From Eledone cirrhosa (Eukaryota), in assembly GCA_964016885.1 (NCBI GenBank), contig OZ024741.1, positions 379,006,001 through 379,070,000 on the forward strand: 64,000 nucleotides of DNA, given 5' to 3'. The notes under the pieces are model-generated. The model saw nothing but the letters and a program-made list of their open reading frames with translations, was not told the DNA's origin and did not search any database. The translations under genes and the position numbers were made by a program. How positions within the stretch are numbered: the first letter of the stretch is position 1; the number at the start of each line of letters is the position of its first letter. Below, piece by piece: positions 26,270-39,786 of the stretch.

Positions 26270-29200
26270 TTAATACATTCCTGTACCCTATTTAAGATAT
26301 ATCGCATGAGGTGGAGGTTAAAGAGTATGGGACTGGTCGGGATTAAGCAAATCTACTCCTCCCAAACCATATCCCCGACGACAAGCGTCAACCTCTTCGC
26401 TAACACCTTCGCTAAAATCTTAAACTCTGTGTTGGGCAGATTTATGGGCCAGAAATTATCTAAAGTATCCCTCTTGTTCTCCTCTTTTCTCATCAGCGTC
26501 ATTACATCCTGGCTGACAGGACTGGGAGTACTATGTTTAGTGGCTAGTTGCAGTAGAGTGCTTCGTGGAAATCAGACAACAAGTCTGGCATGTCTATGCA
26601 AAGCTCCGGTGACCTGCCCCTCACGGCCGGAAGAGACGCGGTAGGCCGTTGAGGAAGGAACTGAAATCCACCACCGCCTCCGACGCAACGCTTCCCCTGA
26701 ACAGCCGGGCAAAGTGCTTTTGACTTGCCTCAGGCATCTGCCTGGAATCGCTCAACTCACGACCGTCTGTCTTCGTCAGAGACCGAATTGTGGTTTCGTT
26801 ACCACGGTGCGCATCCGCTACTCGAGCCCATTGAACATCTTTCATTCCCCCGTTTCTTAGAGCAAGTGCCTTAGCTCTGACAATGCAGCCTTCGTGTTTC
26901 GCATTGAAAAAATGGTCTACTGCCATTCTCGCAGCTAGTATGTCGGCTGCAATGCCACTCCTAATCACCTGATCTAATTTATTTTTTTCCTATCACTACT
27001 TCTGTTCTGAATGCTATGGATTCTATTCTAATCGCTCACTTGAGGGTGCCCCACCACCTGTTGTTGACCATGTCCCCTGTCACCAGCAGCTTAAATAATT
27101 TGCTAATCCCGACTTTACGCACCGGGAATGACAGTAAAACATCCAGTAACCGCGTCTTTGCCTACCTGTTCTATCTAAATCAACCATGAAGATCACAAAC
27201 ATGCTGTCTGAATAGGCGACCGTATGTAAGTGTGGTAACTCTATACTATCTTTATCCACTAATCTAATGAGAAACCTGCGTAAACGGTTTGTTCAGGCCC
27301 CTATGGCGCATTAAGGAAATCTAGTTGGCAACTGTCAGACAGTTGAAAATTGTTGATCAGCCTTTGAAGCTTTTGCATCACCGAATTATATCGGTTACTC
27401 CCACGCTCCCAAGATGCTGTAGAGGTCCCCCGGTCACACCAAAGGGCGAGACTTTCCTAGATGGTCTTCCATGGCGGTCCTGCCGAAGTCGGAACGTAGA
27501 CAGCCGCCAGTCTAAAAGCAGCACATTCACAATTGTTCACATCTAGAATCACCAGCTTACCGTGATGGTCGAGAAAGATCATCCGTACTTCGAGGCCCAG
27601 GATTTCATAAACAGCACTGCCAACCCGCATTCCATTACAGCCCGACTAAGAGATGCGTTGAGCTCAATGTCGTCAAGAATAGGGGCTAGTATATGCGTGT
27701 CGGAAATCCTGGTCTCACAGCCGGCTGTCACATCCACGCCGGGTGATTCTACTTCCCTGCCTGGTTGGTGGGGATCCATTGGAAATCCTCTAAACGCCTA
27801 CTTTAATCCTTTACACTGGTTGTTCATACGTCGTTGGGGAAGCTCTACCTAATTGTTTCATAATTGTCTAATTACATCCGCAAAACTGCATGAGGCAGTT
27901 TGAAGGTGCAGGTGCTAATTGCTTCCCACTCTTTCTCTCTTTCCTTCCTTCGTGTTATGAGGTTTTGTAATTGTTCGTTCGGTTTTCTAACAAACACGAA
28001 GTTAGCTGTTGTGGTTGTGAGTCTTTGCTGTGTGTGTTCTTTTTAGTTGTTTGTGTTAAAGCTTGTGTTGTTGGTGGAGGGGGTTTTGTGTATATGGTTG
28101 TGTTGTTGGGGGTATGTGTTTGTAGTGTGTGCCTCTGTTTGGTACAAGTGTGACTTCTCTGATTGCTGTTGTTTGTGTTTTTGTGTGAGATTTCTTCATG
28201 TGATTTGTTGTTGTTTTTTAGGGTTTTGGTGTTCCTCCCGTCATTGCTCAGTGATGAAGAGTTTGCTGTGTTTGTGTCAGACGTGAGTGGGAGGGTATAT
28301 ATGGGTGTGTGTGTTTTAATGTGTGTGCGTTGGTGTTCATGAGGGTGGGGCGTTTTTGGAATGGCCCCAGAGTGTCCTTTGTGGCTTTTGCAGTTGTGTT
28401 TGTTGTTGGTTGCGGTGGATCTGTGGCCGTTGTCCATGGAGTTGTTAGTTTTGTTGATGCTGTCACTCTTGCTGCTGCTGCTGGTGCTGGTATTGTTAGT
28501 GGTTGCAGTTGTTCTTGAGGCACCTGCGTCGGCAGCAGTGTAGACTTTCGATCCCTTGCATTTTTCTAGAGCCTAGGGCAGAAGGTTCGCAAGTGAGTTG
28601 TTTCGCTTTCAATCATTACTTGTAGAGCCATTCCGTTTTGGAGATGGATCTCCTCCGGGATTTTCCTCAGTTCTTCAGGTTTGATCTGGAAAAGTATCTC
28701 GGGTTCAACCCCGGACCAATCCTCACTGGCTGTCATGGTTATCTATATCGAGATGGCATTTATCCCCTCCACAATAACGCATCCCAACAGCCAGCACAGA
28801 TCTTGTCCTGGTGGAATCCTGGGAATACGGACTCTAAGAATTATTTTTCCCCTGTGGGAGGGGTACATTATAACTTTGCTTGATTTGCAAGGGGTCATTG
28901 CGTGCTTCAAATCTAAGGCTTCTGACTCAAATAGCATCGAGATGATGCCGTATTGTCTACTCCTCACTATGTATTCTGTATCGTCTCTGATGCACATCAG
29001 TGTAGCCTCGACATTTGCTTGGGTGTGTTGGTGGCTTCTTTGTCTCAGCTGAGATACATCTAAAGACCACAGTTCTCCTTTCTACCACTTATGTGGCCTC
29101 TGCCGGGACAGTTAAGTTGGCGCAGGCCTCCTTCTGTTCATGAGTTTCCATTCCTGGGCCAATTAAGTCCATGCTAAAGCATAGCATTTCTTGGCTGTTG

Positions 29201-29670
29201 CGGCGAAATAATTTCTCTCTTTGTTGTCTTTGCTGTTGTTGTTGGTGTTGATGTCATGTGTTGCTGTTGTTGGTGGTGTTATTCTTGTTGTTGATGTTCT
29301 CGGTGCAGTTGGTGTTGTTGATTTCTTCCTTTGTTTCTTAGTTGCTATTGGTAATGTCGCTATTCATGTTCTTGTTAGTGGTGGTGTTAATTTCGTGGTT
29401 GTTTTTGTTATCCTTTTTTCTATTGTCTATGTTTGGGTTGTCGTTGTTACAGCTGTTAGTGTTATCAGAGTTGCTATCATTGCTGTAGTTTTTCATGTTG
29501 TTTGTGGTGGTGTTGTTAATTTGCTGTTGCATCCTGTGTCTGTATTAATTATTTTTTTTACTGGTGTTAGCAATGGGGTAAGTTATGTCTGCCGCATCCG
29601 TCCTGTCAACGTTTAAGCCGGTGTCACACGACATCAGACTCAAAGTTGAGGGGCGTGGATCACTCACGTT
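26270..29670 (-). mobile_element. Tx1-clade LINE, decayed (ORF1, APE endonuclease, RT N-terminal part)
   Basis: RPINLPNTEFKILAKV near 26400-26450, KHEGCIVRAK linker, VTAGCETRI endonuclease start, ORF1 LRVRIPRIPP; low-complexity Asn/Thr ORF1 regions. Confidence 0.85.
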
Positions 29671-32600
29671 ATTTTTTGGAAGAAAATATTTTCTTTTAAA
29701 GAAAGTTCAATAATGTGGGGTCAAAAGGGCCCAATATTATAGTTTCCCATTCACAGGGCACATTCCCTTTCATGACAACAAAAATTAACAAATGATTTCT
29801 TTATTTGCCACAGGCAAGTAAAGAAATATAATTCATAACAAATTCCCGAAAGGCGAATTGATTATAAGGGTCATTCGTGTAGAAATGGCACAAAAATCAC
29901 GGTCACTCTGTCCGCTAGGGCAAATAGTCCCCTCGCAGTCTATCTACTCCAAGCTACAGGTGTATGCTCAAGGCAGGCCCATGCACACCGACCAAACTCA
30001 CCATTCTCATCGTCCATTCAGCAAATTGGTTGGAAGGCAGCATTTCCGATTCTATCCTGATTTTCTTCTTAGATGAAATCTGACAAAGTTAATGAGGGCA
30101 TAGCCAAAGAGGAAGATGGCTGCCTTCAAACCTTTCAAACGCATTCACAACACAACTTCTTTCACCATGGCAGCTGACAGACGAAAATTGACTGTCCTTC
30201 CCCTCTAAAGGATGACGGTGGGATGATCTTCACAATGGATTTAGTTGATAATCGGTCCGCCCTATACGTGACTGCACTTGCTCGTCATGAAACCCACAGG
30301 TCAGCAATACTCAGACACTGGACGAGTGCATGCAGAACGATTTCGTCGTCCAGCGCGTACCTCGGACAGGCCCGATTGACGGCACTTCCATACCTGTAGA
30401 GTTTATCCCGAAATAGCAAAGCTCCTTGGTTGCACTACCAGGGAAGCAATTTCTGTAAGTTGTCCATGGGTCATGGCCAGAGTGCTCTCCCGAAGAGATT
30501 CGCTTGTTGATTTTCATTGACTCCCAGATTCTTCCAACGATGTCATCGCACTTTCCCTCCAATGCCTCTCTATATGACGCCAAGCTGGAGTTTCAACCAA
30601 TCGCAGTACCCCACTGGTCGAGGTCTGTGAGCGCCTGAAGAGATTCCTCTACCCAAGCGCACACGCTCGGTCTTTTCTTCAGCCAGGACTGCAGCTCCAC
30701 CAAGGAGATGAGCTGGGAAAAACGTGTCTAGCATACACCGCCCACACCAAGGACGAGATGGAGATGCCGTAGACTCAACACTTGACTATGCATCATCACC
30801 TATCTGGGCATCATCTACCTCGGTAAGCCCCGCCCTTTTATTGATCTATATTTATCAGAGCCCTACCCGTGCCAGGTTCCTTAGCCACGCTCTCTATGAC
30901 GTATTGCATGAGCTCTATGACGTATTGCAAGACTCGTTGCTAATACTTTGGCCAACATTTTAAACTCTGCTTTTAGTATATTTTTGGGTCTGTAATTGTC
31001 TACATTTTTCGGGTCCTTTCTAAGCAGCGCTACCACCTTTTGAGCAACAAAACCGGGAATTCTCTCGTTTTACGACCTGTTGTCATACACAACCACTAAG
31101 ATGTCGCCGAACATTTCTGGCATGTTTACATAGAACTCGTATGGTAGAGCGTCTAAGCCAGGCGATTTGCTCCTGGTGGAGCTTGCCTTTGCGTAGCATA
31201 TTTCCTCGGTTGTTATCAGTTTTCCGCAACACTCCGCCTCCCTCGCAGAGATCCGTGGTAAGTAATCTTGAATTCCATCTTTCGGTCCGATCCACCACCG
31301 CTCTCGAACATTTGAACGAAGTGGTGTTGAAAGACCTCGCACATCTACTTGGGATCAAGTACAATGCGCCCATCGTGCTCCTCCAAAGATCGGATTGTGG
31401 CTTTGTTGCCACGCCCCGCCTCCGACACTTGGGCACATTGGACGACTCCTTTCCCAACGTGTCTAAGATCACGCGCTTTTGCTCTGACAAAACAGCCTTC
31501 ATGCTTAGCCTTGAAGATTTGATAAAGGGTCAATCTCGCCGCGAGCAAGTTGGCTGTGATGCCTTTTGTAAGTGCCTCTTCTTGTTTTCCAACTAGATCA
31601 CCCTCTACGCTAGTTTTCTCAATCATTTCAGCCTTCCTAAATGTTATTAATTCTGCTCTCATAATCCTTTTTAGGGCGAACCACCATTTCTTGTTGACGA
31701 TTGCTCCCGTCAATGTTCACCTGACTAGTATACTGATCCCGTCTTTGTAGTTTTCGCGGGTCCGAAATGACGCGTTTAGCTTCCAGTTCCCAACTCTCTT
31801 TTTATGATGCCTATCTAGATTGACCACATAGAATACGATGTATGGACTGTGTAATCGACTACTTTAAATTGTGAATAACTTAGTCATTTCCTTACGAAAT
31901 AACCTATCGAGATACGATTAGGAAAACCCGACGCTGTTTGTCCATATCCACATTGGCACATTCGGGAAATCCAGTCGGTATCTGTCAGAGAGTTGGAAGC
32001 GTCTGAGCAAGTTTGCAAGCCTTTTGCACCCTCCTCCCCCATCTGTTACTCCAACACCGTCCCAGCGTGCATTCAAGATTCTGTTCCCGTCCCCCATTAA
32101 CACTAAAAAGCGTGACATTCCTAGAAAGTACTCAAGGCGTCTGAAGAAATCAGGCTGTTCCACCCTATGGGGTCATAAGCAGCAACTAGCCTGAAATCAT
32201 AACCTTCGCTGCTAGTCACGTTCAGTCCCACCAGTTTACCTTCTGGATCAAGGAAGATCATCCGTATTGCAAGATCCTTTCCGAAATAGCACAGCGACTC
32301 CGCCCCCAGATGGGGGACAGCTTGAAGATGTGTACACCACATAGCCGCCGAAGATGGCTGCACATTTTCGTGCGATGGAAATTCTGGTCTCACTGATGGC
32401 CCCCACCTCTACGATTAGTGACCTGAGATTTTTGAGCAGGTAACCGTGCTTCCAAGGCGATCACAGACCACGTCCATTTGCACTGCCATCTTTAATGAAG
32501 AAAAAGTGGGAAAGGACACCTACCTTTGGCTTTTGCGGGAAAGATGGTTGTTCCGTCCCCCTCGTGAGATGCGGGTTCGTTTGCAAGTATGGCTCCATAT

Positions 32601-34440
32601 ATCGTTCTGGAGAGTGTCCGTCGGTATTCACCAATTACCTCAGGGGAAATTTGTTTTTAAATTTGTGTAACTTTTTTTTATCTATATTTATAATGTGTAT
32701 GTGTGTTTGTGCGTGGTGTGATTTTTTTAGGTGTTATGTGATGTATTTCTGAAATGCTTGTGTTATGTTTTATGCAGTCGATTAAATTTTGGTTGTTCAG
32801 GATTATTGATGTATAGTGTGTGTAGGTTTTACCTTTGTGTTGCATTTGCTTTTGTTGTTATGGATTTGGATTTTGTTGAGTTTTGGATGTTTTTGGTGTT
32901 TGCGTTGTCTGTTGTGGTGTTACTGATTCTGATTGTCGTTTTGATAGTAGTGCTGGTGTGTGTTGTGATGGTGGTGCTAGTGCTGTTGGTGTAGGTGTTG
33001 GTAATACTTGCCTCAGGGCTTTAGCTTTTTCTTTCTTTTTTACAGGGTGGAGTCAAAGATCTTTTTCTCTATTTCTTTTTGTGATAGACGGTTTCCTACT
33101 CCTCAGCTTCGTGAGAATTTGTATCCAATTATTTGACGTCGGGAGGGACATATTTTCCACGCCCATCTATGCTGATGTTGGTGGTGGTGCTGCAGATTCA
33201 GTCTTGTCGTCTTTGTTGCTATTGCTGTTGTTCCTGCCTCTTTTTCTTGCTATCCTTGTAAATGTGTTTGCTATTGTTGGTGTTCTTGATACTGCATACT
33301 GGTTGTTGGTAATACTGCATATTTACGTTCTTTTTTTCCCTGCTTAGGGCAGAAATTCCTTAAATAAGTGTTTGCATCGAATATATGACATCTAGGCCGC
33401 CACCATTCCACAGTTATGAACAGTTGTGTGCCATTTGGCTACTCGATGATATCAGGAATCTTTATATGCCTTCCCTGATTCATTTGCGACAGAAGTTCCA
33501 TCCCAAAACCGCTCCAGCTCTCCTGGCATGGTATTTGAATTTGGAGGACGTTTTCAATATACTCTTCTTCCTCCAGGATGGATGTTATTAGCCAGGGTAT
33601 TTTTTTAATCTCGGGTGGAACGTTTTTTATTGTAACCTTTGTAACATATTTGCACATGTATATTGGGATCAGCAGAAAATTCTCACTCTTTAAAGGGTTG
33701 GCAGAGTGACCCTTGGCTTCAATTTCGTCCCGTACTCTCTACCTCTCGAGACAAGGGTTTATTTTCTCATATCTTATTTAATATATGTTGCGAATCGTGC
33801 ATTAAGAGTCGCTCCAGGAATTTTCTGCGGAGATATACACATTTATAGATAATTATACATTTCTGTACATTGGCAATTATCTCTTTCCGCGTTTCTCTGT
33901 ATACGTTGCTGCCGTTTCTTTGAATAAGAAGCTTCACTTCTCTGAATGTAGCTAAGTCCAGCTTGCTTATTGCGGCTGTCATTGCTGCGACGCTGTATTT
34001 ACTTTTTTCCCTCTTGTAGCAATGCTGTTGTTGTTGTTTTGTCGCAATAATTGTCGTTGGAGGCAGTGGTGGTGTTGGAGTTGTTAATGTAAGTGCTGGG
34101 CATAGATGGAACACCATCAAATATGTAGCTAAATTTTCGTCGTTGTTGTTCTCTTTGTAATCGTCGTCGTTAGTAGTACAGTTGTCAGCAGCTTTATTGA
34201 CGGCTACTAACACTGCTGTGTCGTCTACTTTATTTTTTTCAGCAGATTCTAAAAATTATGACTCATTCTATTTGCCAGAGAATAAAAATAGAATTTTTGG
34301 GGGAAATGTTAAGAAAATTCCTCATTGGAACGCGTTATAACGCTCGTTCTACGATGGTTACTAAAAATATTTTTTCAGCAGATAGAACACAGCCTTATGT
34401 CATCGGTTGTGTCGAAATCTTGTTACGATTGTTGTTAAAG
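29671..34440 (-). mobile_element. Second Tx1-clade LINE, near full length, decayed and internally deleted
   Basis: KSPGLDALPYEFY, KHEGCFVRAK, LVLMGDGN, MWIWTNS, ORF1 VTIKNVPPEI; C-terminal region ~29900-30800. Confidence 0.85.
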
Positions 34441-34509
34441 TAGAAACAAAATTTAAAATACTTACCAGCGGAAAGATAACATGGCATTATCCGTCGTGTC
34501 AATAATAAT

Positions 34510-34835
34510 AATAATAATTGTTTCTTCTTTAGGCACAAAGCCAGCAATTTGAGAGTAAGGGAAAATCGATTAAATCGACTCTAGTGCATTAATGGTGCTT
34601 TATTTATCGACCCCTTACGGATGAAAGACAAAGCTAACCTCGTAATAATAATATTAACAAGAATAATAATGTTTCTACTTTTGGCACAAGGCCAGCAATT
34701 ACACCAGTACATTACTGGTGCTTTATTTTATCGACCCCGTAAATATGAAAGGCGAAGTTAACTTCCACTGGATTTGAACTCGGAAGGTAACGGGCAATAA
34801 CTCTACGTTACAAAGCATGTTTTCTGACACCAAAA
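34510..34835 (-). mobile_element. Two SINE copies
   Basis: TTTATCGACCCC...ATGAAAG cores at ~34605 and ~34730; B box GGATTTGAACTC. Confidence 0.8.
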
Positions 34836-34859
34836 AATAATAATATCAATATAAACAGT

Positions 34860-35620
34860 ATAACCGAATCATTCTGGAAAACTGTTCCAACAATCACAAA
34901 AGCTTGAGTAGTGCTTGGCTTGACATAAACAAAAATATTTGATCGGATTCCCCAATCATAGATTGTGCAGAATGTTCTGAAAATGTCCCCTGTAATAGTA
35001 AACTTTCAGAAATACAGCATGTCTACACTGAATGCAAATCTACCACTACACTATCACACAGCGATGGAACTATAACTTCTAGAAGGATAAACATGTTCTG
35101 TGGTGTTTTTCAAGGTGATTTGTTTTCTTTTCTGATATTTAATATTGCACTCTCACAACCGGTGTTAGTGCTCACCAAAAGAAAACGTGGCAACAAATTC
35201 GACGGCAAAACCATAAATCAATTTGTTTATATGGTTGACGTGAAGCTCTATACCAAAAATGGCAACGAAAAAATGCGCCAAAACTGTATCCAAGAAAATC
35301 CTAATGACAAACACAAGCTTATTGGAAATGGGTGTGAATACAGTAATTAAGTAACTGGAAAACGAACAAGCTAACAGATGTCTAGGTATCAATGAAGGTC
35401 AGCGGATTCATAAAGCCAGCATGAAAGAGAGAATCGAGAAAGACTGCTACCAGAGAATACGTGCACTCTTGGAAGATGAGCCTATTTCGAGGAAAAACTA
35501 TCTGTTATAAATGCTATTGCAGTCACAGTTGTCACCTACAGTTTCAATATGATAAATTATAACGTTAATGAAATTAACAAGACTGACAACAAAATCAGGA
35601 AGCATATGACTTGTAATAAA
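34860..35620 (+). mobile_element. R4/Dong-like non-LTR retrotransposon RT fragment
   Basis: GVFQGDLFSFLIFNIAL, NQFVYMVDVKLY (YMDD-like), INAIAVTVVTYSF, DNKIRKHMT. Confidence 0.7.
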
Positions 35621-36790
35621 GTGATTCGGGCGGGATGTCTGGAAATCCATATCTGCAAGTGATGAGGAAAATAGTGCTGAATCGCACTCTCCACGTCCTG
35701 GCAATTTCATTAATATTTTAAAACCCTTGCAAATATATTTACTGTTTATCGTGCCCCTGTTGCTTTATTTATATGACAATTCATTGTAAAAAGCGTGTAT
35801 TATCAAATGTTGCCCCTGGTGTAAGTTTAACATTGTTTGACGTGATCCTCCAAAGAACGGATCGTGGGTTTTTTGTAATGATGATCCCCCACCTCTCAGG
35901 CCCATCGGAAAGCTTTCATCCTCTCGCGTCTGCAATCATGCGCCCTGTCTCTAAAAACGTAGCTTTCGTGCGTTGCGTTGAAAAGTTGGTCGAAAGCCAA
36001 TTTCGCCGCAAATATGTCGGTCGCGGTGCCTTTACTGAACACCTCGTCCAATAATCTAACTAGTTCTCCCTTTCCTCTATTTTTGTATATTGCTAAAGAT
36101 TTACTGGAACTAATAGATTCTATTCTAATCTACCTATTCAGGTGGAACCAGCAATTGTTGGATAATGCCCCCATCAACGCCAGCTTAGCTAATTCGCTAA
36201 TCCATCATGAGCGATGTGTTTAGCTTGCAGTTACGGGGTTCCTGACTATGAATCATATCTCAGTCGACCACATATATCATGAATTTGTTGTCTTTGCAGT
36301 CAATAATCTTGAATTGTGGACAATCTATTCTTGAACAAATTATTTCCTTATAAAATACCCTATCTAGATACGATCTGGATGACCCGATGCTAATTGTCCA
36401 CGTCCACATTGGCACATTCTGGAATTCCAGTCGGTACCTGTGGGACATTCCAGAATTCCAGTCGCTGCCTGTCAGACATTCGGGAATTCCAGTGACTACC
36501 GGTCAGAGAGTTAAAAAATGCTGCGCAGACTTGTAAGGCTTTATACCCTTCTCCACTATCCGCTAGTCCCACACAGTCCCAGCCTGCCCAATATTCTGTT
36601 CCAATTACCCGCTAAATTTAAAGCGCGAGACATTACTAGAAAAGTGTCTACTCACCTGAATAAATCAGCACTTCCTGCTTCCTGCTTCTGTCGAGGCATA
36701 GCCTGCGTTGCTGATCACGTGCAGCACCACAGCCTCACCTGCAGTCACCAGGAAGATTGTCCATATCGCGGCTACCAGGCCTTTCTGTAA
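35620..36790 (-). mobile_element. Third Tx1-clade LINE fragment (endonuclease and linker)
   Basis: NVPMWTWTISIGSSRSYLDRVF, homologous to the 31900 region. Confidence 0.75.
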
Positions 36791-36799
36791 CAACACAGG

Positions 36800-37610
36800 G
36801 ACTCAGTTTCTAGCGTGTTCATATGGTACCGAACCGTCTTTCTTTTCCTTTTTCTTCCCCCATTGTTGGTCTGTGATGACACACATATCAGGGGACATTT
36901 GAATTATTGGGCGTATAATCGTAGAGAGGAAGTAGGAGATCCTGTAGTTACTGGCGATATTCGCTTCGCATACAGGTCTTGTTGGTGGTCCAGCTGTAGA
37001 GTTGTTAATTGTCTTATGGTCTTTGCGGAGTCCATATAAGTGTGGTATGTCATTGTTAGAGGCTTGGAAATGATTGGCTGTGCGTCCACTTGGTTTTAGG
37101 ATGTCGCTCCACATCATCATGTGAGCATTGAGGATCTTTTCTCTTTCCTCATATGCCTGTAGTGTTCTTTCACTCGTCTTGACATTGTGGGGTTGCATAG
37201 CCTTGATGTAGTTTGGCATGCTGTCTATTGACATCCTACAGTATTGTCTGTTGGTAGACAAACTACCTCACCATCCCTCTGCCCTGCATGAGGCTAAATA
37301 GGTCTTCTGGAGTTTTTCTTCCAATTTGTTGATTCCTGGTCTGTTTTGTCTCCTAGTGTATTGTTCTATTACGTGTCAAATTTTCTTTCTGCTTATGGTA
37401 AACTGAGCCACCGGTTGTAAGTTTATATGTTGTGGCATAAAACCCCTTTTATTAAATGGTAATTTGGTGGCGAGAATGTTGTTCATCTTGAATGATTTGT
37501 CAGCTGGGATTAAGAACAGGTTCTCTAATAGGATGCCATTAAACCTACCGTTAAAATTGTGTGTACGATTATTATTGTCATTATAGGTGTTGTTTTCGCT
37601 ACTGTTAACG
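36800..37610 (-). pseudogene. Penelope-like element RT N-terminal fragment
   Basis: IPHLYGLRKDHK...GPPTRPVC...ISYFLSTIIRP (PLE K.HK/RP motifs). Confidence 0.75.
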
Positions 37611-37618
37611 TTATATAT

Positions 37619-37678
<60 letters not shown>

Positions 37679-37733
37679 CGTTAACAGTAGCGACAGAAAC
37701 ATCTATAATGAAAATAATATATATATATATATA

Positions 37734-37768
<35 letters not shown>

Positions 37769-38017
37769 GAAAGGTATAGAAAACATTGTAGCAAAAAGCC
37801 AACAGTATTCCATAATATATAAGTGACTATAGCGTCAAAATGGGAAAAATAGTTAACGTAAGATGTGGGAAAAATAAATCAAACTCATCTCAACGAGAAT
37901 CGGGATATAGATTCATCCACAGAATTTAGTGAAATCCAGGGAAAAATCAATAGAGCATTAACTCATGATAAAATAAAGTTTAAAATACTCATCCATCAAT
38001 TTGGAAAAACCTCAAAT

Positions 38018-38097
38018 GCTCTGTATAGTCTTACAGACTATTTCACGAAAACTTTCAGTGGAGATGGTCACGGTTAGAATCCGATCCTCAGCAGAGC
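38018..38097 (-). ncRNA. Type I hammerhead ribozyme, 640-bp family, copy 1
   Basis: Minus: GCTCTG-CTGAGGA-TCGGA...TTCGT-GAAA-TAGTC-TGTAA-GACTA-TA-CAGAGC; 6-bp stem I, stable stem III, AUA triplet. Confidence 0.8.
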
Positions 38098-38657
38098 TCA
38101 ACTCGATAACGAAAATTCTCACAGATTAATATACCAAAAAGGGAATTTAAAACCGGCTAGTTCACCATCATGCGTGATTATGAAAAATAAAACGCACATG
38201 TGGAAGGACAGGGCTGGTGACGTCAGAATGAGACGAATGTTTGTTTACAAGAAACAACAGTCAAAAAACATTCCGAAAAAAAACTCTACAATAAGGAGTC
38301 CAGCAAAAAGCAATATTATCGCGGTTTTTTATAAAAAAAAAATAAACGGGATTAGGCACAAATAATTTATGCACTCTAGGAAAGAAATCCGAGTAAAAAT
38401 ATATAAATGAAAGGTATAGAAAACAATGTAGTAAAAAGCCAACAGTATTCCATAATATATAAATGATTATAGCCTCAAAATGTGAAAAATAGTTAACGCA
38501 AGACGTGGGAAAAATAAATCAAACTCATCTCAAAGAGAATCAGGATATAGATTCATCCAAAGAATTTAGTGAAATCCAGGGAAAAATCAATAGAGCCTTA
38601 ACTCATGATAAAATAAAGTTTAAAATACTCATCCTTCAATTTGGAAAAACTTCAAAT

Positions 38658-38737
38658 GCTCTGTATAGTCTTAAAGACTATTTCACGAAAACTTTCAGTG
38701 GAGATTGTCACGGTTGGAATTCGATCCTCAGGAGAGC
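38658..38737 (-). ncRNA. Type I hammerhead ribozyme, 640-bp family, copy 2
   Basis: Same core; C-C mismatch at the first pair of stem I. Confidence 0.65.
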
Positions 38738-39296
38738 TCAACTCGATAACCAAAATGCTCACAGATTAATATGCCACAAAGGGAATTTAAAACTGGCTAG
38801 TTCACCATCTTGCGTGATTATGAAAAATAAAACCCATATGTGGAAGGACAGGTCTGGTGACGTCAGAATGAGACGAGTGTTTGTTTACAAGAAACAACAG
38901 TCAAAAAACATTCCGAAAAAGAACTCTACAATAAGGGGTTCAGCAAAAAGCAATATTATCGCGGTTTTTTATTTAAAAAATATACCGGGATTAGTCACAA
39001 ATAATTTAAGCACTCTAGGAAAGAAATCCGAGTAAAAAAATATAAATGAAAGCTATAGAAAACATTGTAGCAAAAAGCCAACAGTATTCCATAATCTATA
39101 AGTGATTATAGCGTCAAAATGGGAAAAATAGTTAACGTAAGACGTGGGAAAAATAAATCAAACTCATCTCAAAGAGAATCAGGATATAGATTCATCCACA
39201 GAATTTAATGAAATCCAGGGAAAAATCAATAGAGCCTTAACTCATGATAAAATAAAGTTTAAAATACTCATCCTTCAATTTGGAAAAACTTCAAAT

Positions 39297-39376
39297 GTTC
39301 TGTATAGTCTTAAAGACTATTTCACGTAAACTTTCAGTGGAGATGGTCACGGTTCGAATTCGATCCTCAGGAGAGC
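39297..39376 (-). ncRNA. Type I hammerhead ribozyme, 640-bp family, copy 3
   Basis: Same core; additional stem I and II mismatches. Confidence 0.55.
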
Positions 39377-39752
39377 TTAACTCGATAACCAAAATTCTCA
39401 CAGATTAATTTGCAGCAAAGGGAATTTAAAACAGGCTAGTTCACTATCATGCCTGATTATGAAAAATAAAACCCACATGTGGAAGGACAGGTCTGGTGAC
39501 GTAAGAATGAGACGAACGTTTGTTTACAAGAAACAACAGTCAAAAAACATTCCGAAAAAGAACTCTACAATAAGGAGTTCAGCAAAAAGCAATATTATCG
39601 CGGTTTTTTATAAGAAAAATGCCGGGATTAGTCACAAATAATTTAAGCACTCTAGGAAAAAAATTCGAGTATAAATATATAAATGAAAGGTCTAGAAAAC
39701 ATTGTAGCAAAAAGCCAACAGTATTCCATAATATATAAGTGACTATAGCGTC

Positions 39753-39786
<34 letters not shown>

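Larger units (their letters stand above)
37761..39754 (-). mobile_element. Retrozyme-like tandem array, ~640-bp unit (3 copies plus ~78-bp partial)
   Basis: Unit starts at 37761, 38401, ~39040, ~39677; one HHR per unit; TA tracts on both sides. Confidence 0.8.

Noticed and set aside
38505-39035. 176-aa ORF in the 640-bp repeat
   Set aside because: Interrupted by stops in neighbouring units, antisense to the HHR, no recognisable motif
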